This document shows, in pieces, positions 9,336 through 19,851 of a DNA stretch of 64,000 nucleotides. The notes below the pieces were generated by a model. The model searched no databases and was not told the DNA's origin. It worked only from the letters and a program-made list of their open reading frames with translations. Origin of the DNA: Methanotrichaceae archaeon (GTDB lineage: Archaea; Halobacteriota; Methanosarcinia; Methanotrichales; Methanotrichaceae); assembly GCA_963813075.1 (NCBI GenBank), contig CAWEXU010000013.1, positions 96,001-160,000 of the forward strand, written 5' to 3'. A program made the position numbers and the translations under genes. Positions within the stretch are counted from its first letter, which is position 1. The number at the start of each line of letters is the position of its first letter.

Positions 9336-12086
9336 CTATCCTGCTACTGCACATCCCTGGCTGCAGGCTTCCAGGATTCTTGCCAGCTCCTCAATATTGA
9401 TCGGCTTGCTGATGTACTCATTCATCCCCGCCTCCAGGCACTCGTCACGATCTCCGTCCATGGCATGGGCGGTCATGGCAATGATCCGGGTGCTCAGTCC
9501 TTGATCACGAATGTGACGGGTCGCTTCCAGTCCGTCCATCTCCGGCATCTGCACGTCCATTAGGACCACATCATAAGGCTTCTCATCCAGGGCCTGCAGG
9601 ACCTCCAATCCATTCTCTGCCACATCCGCCCTGTATCCCAACCGCTTGAGCATGCTGAGCGCCACCTTCCGGTTAACGGGATTGTCCTCTGCCATCAGAA
9701 TGCGAAGGGGCCGGGCTTCCTTCTCGGCATCGTCCGGGCAAGCATTGCTTTTCTTTAATGTCTCGTTTTCTGAGTGCGATATGAGCTCCTCCAAAAGAGA
9801 GCGAAGTTGTTGGATTTTCACCGGTTTGGTCAGCCGTCCGTCGGCCGCAACCCTGGAGTTGTAGCCCTGGCCCACAGGCGCGAGGAGGACCAGCCGGATA
9901 TCTCCGTATCTGCCGCTCTTGATCTCTTCGGCCAGATCCTGGGCCAGCTCATCATCCATCATGGCATCCATGAGTACATAATCGAATCTCTCTTTTTCCA
10001 GGAGGCTTTTGCCCTTCTGCAGGCTCGGGGCTGCACTGGAATCCATCCCCAGAGACCTGGTGGCACGAACCAGCATCTTCTGAGCACAATCATTGTCATC
10101 AATAATAAGTGCCCTCTTGCCTGCCAATATCGATCGAGAAGCAGTCGAACGGCAAATGGCCTTAGGGCAATCAGCAACAAACTTGAAGTTAAATACGCTT
10201 CCCTTTCCCTCCTCGCTCTCCGCCCAGATCTTTCCTCCCATCAATTCCACAATTCCCCGGCTGATGGCCAGCCCCAGCCCGGTCCCTCCATAGTTCCTGG
10301 TGTTGGAGGAATCAACCTGGGTAAAGGACTGGAAGAGCTTGGACTGGTTTTCAGGTGATATGCCCATCCCCGTGTCCCTGACCGCAAAATGAAGCTCAAC
10401 TCTATCATCATTCTGTTCGCATGCACGGGAGCTGACAGTTAGCACCACCTCTCCTTTATCGGTGAACTTTACCGCATTTCCCAGGAGGTTGATCAGGACC
10501 TGCATCAGACGGTTGACATCGCCTACTATCCAATTTGGAACCCCTTCCTCCAGCAGATAAGCCAGCTCCAGTCCTTTCTCTGAGGCTTTTACCGCCACCA
10601 TGTCCAGCGAGTCCTCTATGCAGCTCCGGAGGTCAAAGGGCACCTTTTCCAGCTCCAGCTTATTTCCATCGATCTTGGAGTAGACCAGGATGTCGTCGAT
10701 GATGTTGAGCAGGGCTTTGCTGCTTTTTTGAATGGTCTCAAGGAAGTCCTTTTGCTCCGGTTTCATATCCGTCCCCTGGAGGAGACCGGCCATGCCTATT
10801 ACTGCATTCATGGGCGTTCTTATCTCATGGCTCATATTGGCCAGGAACTTCGATTTTGCCTTTGCGGCAGCTTCGGCTTTATCCTTGGCCACCAGGAGGT
10901 CCTGATTAGCCGCCTCCAGTTCCTTAGTACGACGCTTGACTCTCTCCTCCAGATCTCCATTGAGCCGCCTTACCTTCTCCTCAGCTTTTTTTCTCTCCCC
11001 TATCTCCTGCTGGGCCTCCTGATACAGATCAGCATTCTCGTTCAGCACTATTATCTGGCGGATGAAGACCAGGCCGATTATCATCCCCACCCCAATGGAG
11101 AGGTTGTTAAAGGAAATGGCAAATTCGTGATTGCGGCTCCAGACGAGCATGCCGAAGGCTCCGGCCGCACATAGGTATGGCAGATAAAGAGGCCATCCGG
11201 TCCGGTCGTAACGCACTTTTGTATCCCAGGCAATATCAAATGCGCCCTTCTTTGCTGCCTCTCCCTGGGCGATTCCCGCCAGGCCCATGAACAGAAATCC
11301 TGCGATCCAGCCACTATCCAGAATTCCGCCCGGCTGGTAGGTTTCAACCAGAAGCTGGCCCAAATAGAAAGTATCTGTGGCTATCCATAATCCCGCTCCT
11401 AAAGCCAGGAACTTGAGCGCCTCGTTGCCGGGAAAGCTGAGCTTGCGAAAGAGCATTTCCACCACCAGGAAGACCAGGATCAGATCCATCACCGGATAGG
11501 TCACAACCAGAGCCATGGTTATGGTGTCCTCATTCAGGTTCTGGTGTATGGTGGGCTCCAGGATAAGGGACCAGAAAAATAGGCTAGAGGTTACGATCAC
11601 AATGGCTGAATCCAGCAATATCTTGGTCCTCTCTCTTAAGGTGACCTCAACCGAAGGCAATAGAAGTATGCCTATTATGAAGAGGACATAAGTCATGAGC
11701 CAGCCAACATCTGACAGTGAGGGAAAGTGGGATATGTTCAGAACCGTCTCATTCCAGGCCAATATGAAATCGCCTGTGGTAAAGCAGAGCTGGCCGGAGG
11801 CCATCATCAGCCAGGCAAGGAAGATCTTTCGGTTCACCCTCCTGGACTGCCAGGCGCCATAAAACAGGCAAAGGGTCATGGAACTGCCAACCACAACCGC
11901 AGCCCAATCGGTGTAAAAGATGATTGCATTGGGGTCATTTCTAAGATGATATCCTATGATCATGTAAATTGCGTAGATAGCAAATGCTATAATGGTGAAA
12001 TTCCTGATCTTTGAATCCCTCTTTTGGGCAAGAGCTGGCTTATCGTGTTGGAAATGCGGTAAGACAGCCATCTTAAATCTCCCCAT
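9336..12086 (-). CDS. Membrane-bound hybrid sensor histidine kinase with two receiver domains
   Basis: Multi-TM N-terminus; [15 protein letters not shown]-box, [25 protein letters not shown] motifs LMDAMM and [11 protein letters not shown]; start chosen after GAGGTG RBS (ORF open to 12149). Confidence 0.92.
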   Translation of the reverse strand: MGRFKMAVLPHFQHDKPALAQKRDSKIRNFTIIAFAIYAIYMIIGYHLRNDPNAIIFYTDWAAVVVGSSMTLCLFYGAWQSRRVNRKIFLAWLMMASGQLCFTTGDFILAWNETVLNISHFPSLSDVGWLMTYVLFIIGILLLPSVEVTLRERTKILLDSAIVIVTSSLFFWSLILEPTIHQNLNEDTITMALVVTYPVMDLILVFLVVEMLFRKLSFPGNEALKFLALGAGLWIATDTFYLGQLLVETYQPGGILDSGWIAGFLFMGLAGIAQGEAAKKGAFDIAWDTKVRYDRTGWPLYLPYLCAAGAFGMLVWSRNHEFAISFNNLSIGVGMIIGLVFIRQIIVLNENADLYQEAQQEIGERKKAEEKVRRLNGDLEERVKRRTKELEAANQDLLVAKDKAEAAAKAKSKFLANMSHEIRTPMNAVIGMAGLLQGTDMKPEQKDFLETIQKSSKALLNIIDDILVYSKIDGNKLELEKVPFDLRSCIEDSLDMVAVKASEKGLELAYLLEEGVPNWIVGDVNRLMQVLINLLGNAVKFTDKGEVVLTVSSRACEQNDDRVELHFAVRDTGMGISPENQSKLFQSFTQVDSSNTRNYGGTGLGLAISRGIVELMGGKIWAESEEGKGSVFNFKFVADCPKAICRSTASRSILAGKRALIIDDNDCAQKMLVRATRSLGMDSSAAPSLQKGKSLLEKERFDYVLMDAMMDDELAQDLAEEIKSGRYGDIRLVLLAPVGQGYNSRVAADGRLTKPVKIQQLRSLLEELISHSENETLKKSNACPDDAEKEARPLRILMAEDNPVNRKVALSMLKRLGYRADVAENGLEVLQALDEKPYDVVLMDVQMPEMDGLEATRHIRDQGLSTRIIAMTAHAMDGDRDECLEAGMNEYISKPINIEELARILEACSQGCAVAG

Positions 12087-12348
12087 CTTCATCACCTCTT
12101 GAGGGATAATCCTGAGAGTTATGATTCTCCAGATATGCGTTGATCCCACTCAGCTCTGTATGGATTGCTGATGGACCGTTTGTAGTTACAACTATATATC
12201 TTTTTGTAGGTTTAACCTCTCAGACTTCAAATTTGCTGGCGATGTTGTAAGGGTGCACTCTTCCATCTCTTGACATATCAGATGATGTTGTCTTATATTA
12301 TTTTTTGGCATACTCTCTGAATCTGAATGATGGAGACAAAAGCCTTAT

Positions 12349-12942
12349 TTGCCGGCGGATTCACTCCATTTCGGAGATACGAGTTTGAGAGAGGAATACG
12401 AGAGGATGACCTTCGAGCAAAAGGTCTCCTATCTGCTGGAAAAGGAAAACCGCGACGAACTGCCAGACGACCTGGCAAAAGAAGGCATATCAGTTCTCGC
12501 CCAGGCAGGAGAGATAGAATACGCGGCAGCCATGGCAAGAGATCGAGGAATGATCGATGAGGCCATCAGGATCCTGGTGGATGCCGGCGACTACCTCTGG
12601 GCCGCCCTCATAGCCAAGAATGCGGGCCGAATAAGCCAATCCCAGACGCTCTACCAGGATGGGGTAGAGTATTACGTCGATATGGAGATGTTTGGAAGGG
12701 CGGTGTCTGCCGCAACTGCCCTCGGCATGCCAGCTGACCGGATCGATGACCTCTTTCGCCGGGGCGTCGAATGCGAGAGCAGAAGTATGGATCTGGAGCA
12801 TAGCAGGGGGATGATCGAATCCGCCCTGGAATCTCTGGATATCTCCCTGATCGGCAGGGACGATGAAGTGTCGGCCCAGATTATCAAGGCCTTGAGCGAG
12901 GAGCGGGAAAGAAGACAAAAAGAGGATGGCGAATTAAAGTGA
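12349..12942 (+). CDS. Hypothetical alpha-helical protein
   Basis: 197-aa ORF with host-like codon usage; start uncertain (TTG 12349 or ATG 12406). Confidence 0.7.
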   Translation: MPADSLHFGDTSLREEYERMTFEQKVSYLLEKENRDELPDDLAKEGISVLAQAGEIEYAAAMARDRGMIDEAIRILVDAGDYLWAALIAKNAGRISQSQTLYQDGVEYYVDMEMFGRAVSAATALGMPADRIDDLFRRGVECESRSMDLEHSRGMIESALESLDISLIGRDDEVSAQIIKALSEERERRQKEDGELK

Positions 12943-12966
12943 TTTGAACGAATCAAAATCCGATCT

Positions 12967-13884
12967 TCATTCATCTCTGAGCCTTATCTCCAGGGACATC
13001 AGATCCTCTGCAACGTCCGTATTCTCAAAGATGGACCTGGCCTCGTTCAAAAGCCGAGAGGTGTCCTCAGAGTAGCGGGAGCTTATGTGGGTCAGGACCA
13101 GGTGCCTCGTGCCGGCGCGCCTGGCCAGCTCTGCCGCCTCTTTTGCCGTGCTATGTTTCGTCTCCATGGCCCAGTCCGCCATATCGCTGGCAAGGGCGGA
13201 GTCGTGAATGAGCAGGTCTGCATCCCGGCTGGCCTCCTCCACCGATCGGCAGGGTCTGGTATCTCCTGTGTATATGACCTTTCTTCCCGGCCTTGCCGGG
13301 CCCATAACCTGCTGGGGCAAAACCGCTCTCCCTTCCACCACCACCTCCTGGCCGTGCTGCAGCCTTCCGAATAGTGGCCCTGGGGGAACGCCCAGGGAGA
13401 TTGCAGCCTCGCGGTCGAATCTGCCGGGCCTCTGATCCTCTTCCAGGATATAGCCCAGGCTGGGTACGCTGTGGCGGGTCTCAATAGCCACAACCTGATA
13501 TCCTTTCATCTTCACCGCATCTCCTGGCTCCAGCTCCTGGGCAATGACCTCAAAGTTGCGGGAGAAGTAGCATACGGACTTGAAGCATTCCACCAGTCGA
13601 GCGGTATGTATTGGCCCGGCTATGGTTATGGGCTCTGTTCTTCCCTGAAAGGCCATGGTCTCCAGGAGGCCGGGAATGCCCAGGATGTGGTCGGCGTGAA
13701 GGTGAGTCAGAAAGATGTAGTTCAAGCGCATCATGCCGGTCCTGGCGCGCATCATCTGCCTTTGGGTGCCCTCTCCGCAATCGAATAGGAGTAATTCCCC
13801 TTCGCGGTTGATAAGGATTGCAGAGGGATTCCTCTCCGGTGTCGGGAGCGATCCAGCAGTTCCGAGGAAGGTCACATTGAGCAT
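12967..13884 (-). CDS. rnz: Ribonuclease Z
   Basis: FLGTAGSLPT, FDCGEGTQRQ, THLHADH, YTGDTRP, HST, THISSRY. Confidence 0.95.
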   Translation of the reverse strand: MLNVTFLGTAGSLPTPERNPSAILINREGELLLFDCGEGTQRQMMRARTGMMRLNYIFLTHLHADHILGIPGLLETMAFQGRTEPITIAGPIHTARLVECFKSVCYFSRNFEVIAQELEPGDAVKMKGYQVVAIETRHSVPSLGYILEEDQRPGRFDREAAISLGVPPGPLFGRLQHGQEVVVEGRAVLPQQVMGPARPGRKVIYTGDTRPCRSVEEASRDADLLIHDSALASDMADWAMETKHSTAKEAAELARRAGTRHLVLTHISSRYSEDTSRLLNEARSIFENTDVAEDLMSLEIRLRDE

Positions 13885-13990
13885 CTCATGCCTCTTGGGT
13901 TTTCTCCCGGAAAAATAACCTCACCCCATATCATCTTTTGCATCCAAAACCTTTATCAGATAAAAGAGAAGGCACTTAGACGGTGTAGGT

Positions 13991-14110
13991 ATGGATGTAA
14001 TTACTATCGTGGAATGGCTTCAGGCTTTGTTGATACTGGTTATATTCCTGGCGATAATTGCGGTAAGCTTCAAGATCTGGCGCTGGAACTATGTGATTCC
14101 TCCCAAATAG
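13991..14110 (+). CDS. Putative 39-aa single-TM small protein
   Basis: MDVITIVEWLQALLILVIFLAIIAVSFKIWRWNYVIPPK, preceded by GGTGTAGGT RBS-like sequence; below the ORF-track size cutoff. Confidence 0.55.
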   Translation: MDVITIVEWLQALLILVIFLAIIAVSFKIWRWNYVIPPK

Positions 14111-14183
14111 GGCAGGAGCATTCTGAACCGGGTCCTGCAGCCATATTTGCCGCTCGAACCTTTTTCTTTTCTGGCAAGCGGGT

Positions 14184-15125
14184 TCAGCTCACGAAGTATA
14201 TTCCCACCAGCACAACCATGAAGGCGATCCCCTTTTGGGCCAGAGACTCTCTGTCAGTTCTCTCATTCACCTCTTCGGCCAGCTTTGGCACCAGGGCTCC
14301 CAGGACCATAATCAGTATCACCGTCAGGATGGGTTGAAGAGCTCCCACGCTGGATACCAGTGTGACCGATCCTATGGCATAAGCGAATATGGAGAAGATC
14401 AGCCCCAGAAACTGGAAGGTTTCTTCGGATATCAATGCCCCCACAGCGAAGCTGCCGCGGCCAAAGAAGCTCTTTACCTCTTCGCGAATGGACTGTTTGC
14501 CCATGAGGGGTATTACCACTACCAAGGTGCCAAGTGACGACCAGATGTAAAGGTCCCATTCATCTATGGAGGTCAGGAGGTATTTGAGGGAGAGATAGTA
14601 GATGGCAGTCAGGACCCAGTAGGAAAAGAATGGCTTGATTGCGGGTGATAAAGCTATGACTCCTGCCAGAATTTTTGGACAGCTGCCGTTCGTTCTATCA
14701 AAGAGGCCGCCGTCCTTTTTATAGGATAAGAGGAGTGTTCCAAGTATCAGCAAGAGTCCTCCGGCGCAGCATTTGATGCTAAGCATCTCTCCGAAGAGAA
14801 AGATGGAGCCAATAAAGACGAATACAGGATATACGTACTCCATCGCGGAGACCTTCGAAGCCTCTTCGGTCTGCAGAGCCTTCATGTAAAAGAAGGCGGG
14901 AAATATCTGCAGACAACCAAATAGCATAGCGATGAGGGATCCGGGGTACGTGAATTCTACTCCTGCCAGCAGCAGTACCGGGATGACGAATATCTGCTGA
15001 ACCAATGCCTGGCAGACTATATAGGCCTTTGAGTCATTTGTGCAGTTGCATAGCAGGAGCTTGTCAAGTACTCCTGCACCAGAAAAAAAAACTGTCCCCA
15101 GGAATGCGAATATGAGCCAATCCAT
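14184..15125 (-). CDS. EamA/DMT-family transporter
   Basis: ~10 hydrophobic segments, two-repeat architecture, GGAGG RBS. Confidence 0.85.
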   Translation of the reverse strand: MDWLIFAFLGTVFFSGAGVLDKLLLCNCTNDSKAYIVCQALVQQIFVIPVLLLAGVEFTYPGSLIAMLFGCLQIFPAFFYMKALQTEEASKVSAMEYVYPVFVFIGSIFLFGEMLSIKCCAGGLLLILGTLLLSYKKDGGLFDRTNGSCPKILAGVIALSPAIKPFFSYWVLTAIYYLSLKYLLTSIDEWDLYIWSSLGTLVVVIPLMGKQSIREEVKSFFGRGSFAVGALISEETFQFLGLIFSIFAYAIGSVTLVSSVGALQPILTVILIMVLGALVPKLAEEVNERTDRESLAQKGIAFMVVLVGIYFVS

Positions 15126-15759
15126 TTAGACCCTCCCTCACAGTTTATGCATGCCGAGAAGCTCTGGAGATCTCTTTTCGGTATCTGCCAAACTGTTTAT
15201 TTTAAACAATTAAGTAATATTTATGATACTAGTTATACTTATCTGAAGTACTAACCTTATAGTTTATTGGATTAAAATTATGTTTGTATAATTTATAAAA
15301 CAATTATGGCGAATTACATCTAATTATGCTTTTCTTTTATGATGATAATGGGTATTAAGAATATCTCTATATACTACTATATTCTACTATTTATTTAAAA
15401 TAAAGAGAATCGATTAACTACTGCTTGATTATCTCACAATCAAGATAAATTAGTAATTTTTATCAAAATTTTAGAAATTTAGTTCTTCCTACTTTTTAAA
15501 ATTAATCACAACTTTTTTGTCATTTATATCAATTAATCGATGGGCAGAAATAATCATGATGCTGTGTAAAATTAATTGATATATTTGAAAATATAAAAAT
15601 ATGTTGAATAACTAAATTCTTACAAAGATTATTTATAACTTTATAAACATTTTAAATTTCAATCTCAATAAAATAGGATCAAGCTCATCAATGCATTCGC
15701 CTTGTCCATCCTATCAATCGCTTACCTAATAAAATTATTCGCGCAGGCCTTTTTCAACT

Positions 15760-17083
15760 CGCAGCAGCGCGGAGTCCCCATCGTTTACGGTGGGGAGGAG
15801 CGCGTACAAATATCTTCACTCAAGATAATCATATATAGCATTAGGTGAGTATACCAAATCATGCAGCTCACAAAGACCATTATCCTGAAATTAGATGTAC
15901 CGGATAATGATCTAGCAGAATTGCTAAAAGCGTTCTCCCAAGGCATGAATTATGCCTCGCAAATCGTGTTTGAAATCGGCAAGCCTGTTGGAAGTGGACT
16001 TATCCAAAAAGCCACTTACAAGCATCTGAGGAGCAATCTTAACCTGAAATCTCAGATGGCTTGCAATGTGGCTCGCCAGGTTTCGGGAGCTTACAAAACA
16101 CTTCAGAGTCAGATCGACAAAAAGGAATCGGAATGGCAATTCCTCGATTTCGATCCAACCTCGGCTACATTCTCGTTTGAACGCGATTTTGGCTTATCCA
16201 AAGATACCTTGAGCATAACCACATTAGCGGGGCGCAGGAGATATAAGCTCTTGAATTACCAGTATGCTCAGAGATACTTAGACGGGTCTTGGAAATATCT
16301 GGCATCCAAGCTTTGTTTACACAAAAACGGAGCTTACTTTTTCCATTTGGCCTGTGCGAAGGATATTCCTGACAAGAATATAGTTGATGCATCCACTTTC
16401 ATGGGTGTTGATGTCGGTATTAATTGTCTAGCGGTTGCATCTACCACGGACAAGCAATGCAAGTTCTTCGCAGGTGGTGAAATCAAGAATCACCGAAACA
16501 TCCGATCCAAGGAACGCCGGAGATTGCAGAAGGCAGGCGGTCGATATTTGGGCACTCGATCTTCTATGAGAACTCTTAGAAAAATAGCAGGTCGAGAGAC
16601 ACGGTTCATGACTGCCGTCAACCATAAGGTATCCAAGGATCTCATAGAATTTGCTATAGATAACGACGTTTCGGTAATAGGCATGGAAGATTTGACGGGC
16701 ATCAGGAAGAGAACGGGAAACAAAGTCTCTACAGAATTCAGGTACGAGCATAGCAGTTGGGCATTCAGGCAACTACAGGCTTTCGTGGAATACAAAGCTA
16801 AAGAAGCCGGGATAGCGGTAATCTATGTAAATCCTGAATATACTTCCCAAACTTGCCCCAGATGTAACCACATCAGCCGAAATAACCGCTGCGGTGTAGC
16901 CTTCCGATGCGAAAAATGCGGTTACGAAACCCATGCCGACAGAGCTGGTGCTATGAACATAGAGCACCGAACACGAGACTTGAGGTATATCCTGGAGTCT
17001 CAGGGCGGTAATGTCAGCCCGCCAGACGCGACACGACTTTTTGCGTAGTCGCAAGCCGCGCCCTTCAGGACGCGGTAGTTGAC
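15760..17083 (+). mobile_element. IS200/IS605-family (IS1341-like, tnpB only) element
   Basis: Left-end hairpin CCCCATCG-TTTA-CGGTGGGG (15776-15795); right-end hairpin CCGCGCCCT-TC-AGGACGCGG followed by TAGTTGAC (17056-17083); no tnpA; exact left boundary approximate. Confidence 0.85.
15861..17048 (+). CDS. tnpB: RNA-guided endonuclease TnpB
   Basis: RuvC-I GVDVG, RuvC-II MEDL, YTSQTCPRC...CEKC zinc finger, RuvC-III ADRAGAMNI. Confidence 0.93.
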   Translation: MQLTKTIILKLDVPDNDLAELLKAFSQGMNYASQIVFEIGKPVGSGLIQKATYKHLRSNLNLKSQMACNVARQVSGAYKTLQSQIDKKESEWQFLDFDPTSATFSFERDFGLSKDTLSITTLAGRRRYKLLNYQYAQRYLDGSWKYLASKLCLHKNGAYFFHLACAKDIPDKNIVDASTFMGVDVGINCLAVASTTDKQCKFFAGGEIKNHRNIRSKERRRLQKAGGRYLGTRSSMRTLRKIAGRETRFMTAVNHKVSKDLIEFAIDNDVSVIGMEDLTGIRKRTGNKVSTEFRYEHSSWAFRQLQAFVEYKAKEAGIAVIYVNPEYTSQTCPRCNHISRNNRCGVAFRCEKCGYETHADRAGAMNIEHRTRDLRYILESQGGNVSPPDATRLFA

Positions 17084-17103
17084 TACTCTTGCGTTCATTC
17101 AGT
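16940..17103 (+). ncRNA. Predicted TnpB omega/reRNA (scaffold over the tnpB 3' end plus flank-derived guide)
   Basis: Established TnpB architecture; hairpins GCGACACG..CGTAGTCGC and CCGCG..CGCGG seen; boundaries inferred. Confidence 0.55.
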
Positions 17104-17236
17104 GCATGGCCTTGGCTGACCTCACGGCTCCCGCGGCAAAATGCTGATCGAATCCCTTTCCGAAAAATTCTGCACAGATCCGGACTTCCTGGGGTGTTGA
17201 TGGCCGGAAATCTATAAGCAGGATTCCGGGAATGGA

Positions 17237-18218
17237 ATGAATATGAAAAGAGAGGATTTTTCGGATGGGCTAAAAAAGAAATTGACTCCACTGCAGCACC
17301 ATGTGACCCAGCAGTGCGGCACTGAACCCCCCTTCCAGAACGAATTCTGGGATAATAAACGGCCCGGCATCTATGTGGATGTCGTCTCAGGTGAGCCTCT
17401 ATTCAGTTCAAAGGATAAATTCGATTCAGGGACTGGCTGGCCGAGCTTCACAAAGCCCCTGAAAGAGGACAGCATCATTGAGAACATCGACACCAGCTAC
17501 AATATGAGAAGGGTGGAGGTTAAAAGCAATGCTGCCCTCTCCCATCTGGGCCATGTATTCGATGACGGCCCCGGGCCGAAGGGCTTGCGTTATTGCATCA
17601 ACTCCGCCTCGCTTCGCTTCATACCGGCAGAGGATCTGGAAAAGGAAGGCTACGGAGAGTATCTGCACCTCTTCTCTGAGGATAGTGCTCGATCTGGGCA
17701 GAAGGATGCCGAAAATGACAATCCTGGCTATGAGCTGGCGACCTTTGCCGCAGGTTGCTTCTGGGGGGTGGAAGCCCTCTTCGGCCAGGTTGAGGGGGTG
17801 CTGGAGACAACGGTTGGATATACTGGTGGGTCCGTCCCCAACCCGTCCTACGAAAAGGTTTGCACAGGGACTACCGATCACGTGGAGGCAGTGCTGATAA
17901 AGTATGATCCCAAGATCGTATCCTACAGGGAACTGCTATCCTTATTCTGGAGGATGCACAATCCCACCACACCCAACCGCCAGGGCCCTGATATAGGCAC
18001 TCAATACCGCTCTGCCATTTTCTACCACAACGATGAGCAGAGGGTGGCGGCAGAAGAATCTCGAGAGGAGTTTGACCGATCGGGGGCCTATCCAAGAAAG
18101 GCCGTCACACAGATCGTTCCTGCATCTGCTTTTTATGAGCGCGGAAGAATATCATCAGGACTATTTCGCCAAGCAGGGATCTGGGTCGTGCCATGTGTTC
18201 AGAAAAAATAAAGAATAG
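17237..18218 (+). CDS. msrAB: Fused peptide methionine sulfoxide reductase MsrB-MsrA, frameshift near 18140
   Basis: [32 protein letters not shown] (MsrB); GCFWG, QYRSAIF and AEEYHQDY in the shifted frame (MsrA). Confidence 0.93.
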
Positions 18219-18349
18219 AGCAGGGTTACTGATTAATCCTGCTTTCTTTTGTGTTCTGTGTATTCATTGAGTAAGCGACCGTCGGGGATCTGTATCTGGT
18301 CCGATGATCAAAGGAGGAGAGCTTCATGAAAGGTGGATACAATTAGCAG

Positions 18350-18505
18350 CTACTCCTCGATTTCAATTCCGTGGTTCTCAAAGAACTCTCTTAGCGCCTC
18401 TTCGATCACCTGGCTTTGAGCACGCATGCTGCTCTTGGTTTGGACCGTATAGACCTTCAAGGCTTTAGCGATTGGTTCTGATAAAGTTAAAGTAGTCTTG
18501 GGCAT
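18350..18505 (-). CDS. Small ribbon-helix-helix (CopG-like) protein
   Basis: MPKTTLTLSE...SQVIEEALREFF, 51 aa. Confidence 0.65.
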   Translation of the reverse strand: MPKTTLTLSEPIAKALKVYTVQTKSSMRAQSQVIEEALREFFENHGIEIEE

Positions 18506-18700
18506 AATTCTCCATAACCAGTTCTTACACATATATACTTTATGGTATATTGATTTATACCTCATTGATTGCCCGTTTCATTGAGAATCAGGCTCTTCAT
18601 ATTATTGATAGGTGTGGCTTTGGATTATGCAAAGATACTGTACGCGGTTATTAGACGCCGGTGCCAAAAATCTTAAATTTAAAGAGAGATAACTACTATA

Positions 18701-18790
18701 TGGTTGCCCGGATCTCAACGAAAGGACGCTAAAAGCCCGGCCACTTCTTTGCCGGTTAGGGTTCTTCAGGATCACTGAATTGGGCGACCA
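18701..18790 (+). ncRNA. Candidate structured RNA / 5' leader
   Basis: TGGTTGCCC (18701-09) pairs with GGGCGACCA (18782-90); inner hairpins CCGGC/GCCGG and TTCAG/CTGAA; TATA-like TTAAATTTAAA ~25 nt upstream. Confidence 0.5.
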
Positions 18791-18816
18791 AAAATAGATG
18801 ATAAGGAGTGTACAAA

Positions 18817-19008
18817 ATGGTGGACTTACTTTATCTGGCAGTGGTATTCTTTGTAATAGCTCTGGTCTTGGGTGTGCTCGGCTGGCGGGGCGCAGGAATA
18901 TCTATGGATATCGCTAAATGGCTGATTATCGTATTCATCATCCTGGCAATATTAACGCTTGTATTTGGAGGCTCAATCAGCCTGGCAATAGCGTATCTTG
19001 CGATTTAA
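18817..19008 (+). CDS. DUF1328/UPF0391-like small membrane protein
   Basis: LLYLAVVFFVIALVLGVLG..GAGISMDIAKWL; AAGGAG RBS. Confidence 0.8.
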   Translation: MVDLLYLAVVFFVIALVLGVLGWRGAGISMDIAKWLIIVFIILAILTLVFGGSISLAIAYLAI

Positions 19009-19069
19009 ACCACCAGATCCGCCATATCTATGCGAGTTATCTGCAGGGTATGGTTTGATCATATTTTTC

Positions 19070-19107
19070 CATGTTCTGAGAATCATGTTCTAGAATCATG
19101 TTCTGAG
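19070..19107. repeat. Three copies of CATGTTCT(G)AGAAT
   Basis: Direct tandem repeat upstream of ORF 19150. Confidence 0.6.
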
Positions 19108-19149
19108 GGATCTGAAAAGCTTATCAATCAAGAGCGATTTGCAGAATGC

Positions 19150-19410
19150 ATGAGACTCAACAACCAAGCCAAGGTCGGCCTGGCAACCGTCGTCTGCCTG
19201 CTCATTCAGGGATATATCTTCACCTATGTCCTTTTTGTCGAGCCTCATCCCATGCTCTCCATTGTCCCCCTTTTCCCCTACCTGGCTTATGTCTATGCGC
19301 GAGGGAAAAGGACGTGGTACTTCAATAAGCCGCTATATTGGATCGGATTAATTGTGGCTGTAACCATGCTGGATATCCTGCCCTTTGCAGTGGAAGCCAT
19401 GCGCTTTTGA
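19150..19410 (+). CDS. Hypothetical membrane protein (3 TM)
   Basis: MRLNNQAKVGLATVVCLLIQGY...; hydrophobic segments. Confidence 0.65.
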   Translation: MRLNNQAKVGLATVVCLLIQGYIFTYVLFVEPHPMLSIVPLFPYLAYVYARGKRTWYFNKPLYWIGLIVAVTMLDILPFAVEAMRF

Positions 19411-19479
19411 TCACAGGGCGTAAATCCACGCCTTACTGGCGAAAAGCTATATATCCTGGATCAGCATAGGGGGGCGCTC

Positions 19480-19572
19480 GTGCACCGGGATATAAGCACT
19501 GAGACAGCGATCACCATTGCAGGCTTTTTAGGGGCGGTTTTGCTCCTTTTAGGCGGCGTGATCTTCAGATAG
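19480..19572 (+). CDS. Putative 30-aa single-TM small protein
   Basis: GTG start, MHRDISTETAITIAGFLGAVLLLLGGVIFR; G-rich RBS and upstream TATATA. Confidence 0.45.
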   Translation: MHRDISTETAITIAGFLGAVLLLLGGVIFR

Positions 19573-19851
19573 GAGTGATGAAAAGAGAAGCGGAATTTCA
19601 GGGAGGAGGATATAGGACCTGAAACTCCACTTCGATGCAAGATTTTATAAATTGGTCTGCGAGACTTTTGCTGTTTTCCCTTTATAGTAAAAAGGCACTT
19701 CATTGCATTTAACTGTATTGGTATATTAAATAAGTACTCATTATACCTGGCAGCGAATATCTATTAAAAAGGATACAATCCCCAAAAGCGAAGGGTAGAT
19801 GTAGCAGCATTTCCGATTGATATCATCCGAAATTCTGGGAGGCTGAGCGGC

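Noticed and set aside
15180..15740. Replication origin
   Set aside because: No ORB-like repeats recognised and no orc1/cdc6 nearby
18701..18790. tRNA gene (paired ends, 3' ACCA)
   Set aside because: No T-loop GTTCRA, no D-loop GG and no canonical anticodon arm; kept only as a structured RNA candidate
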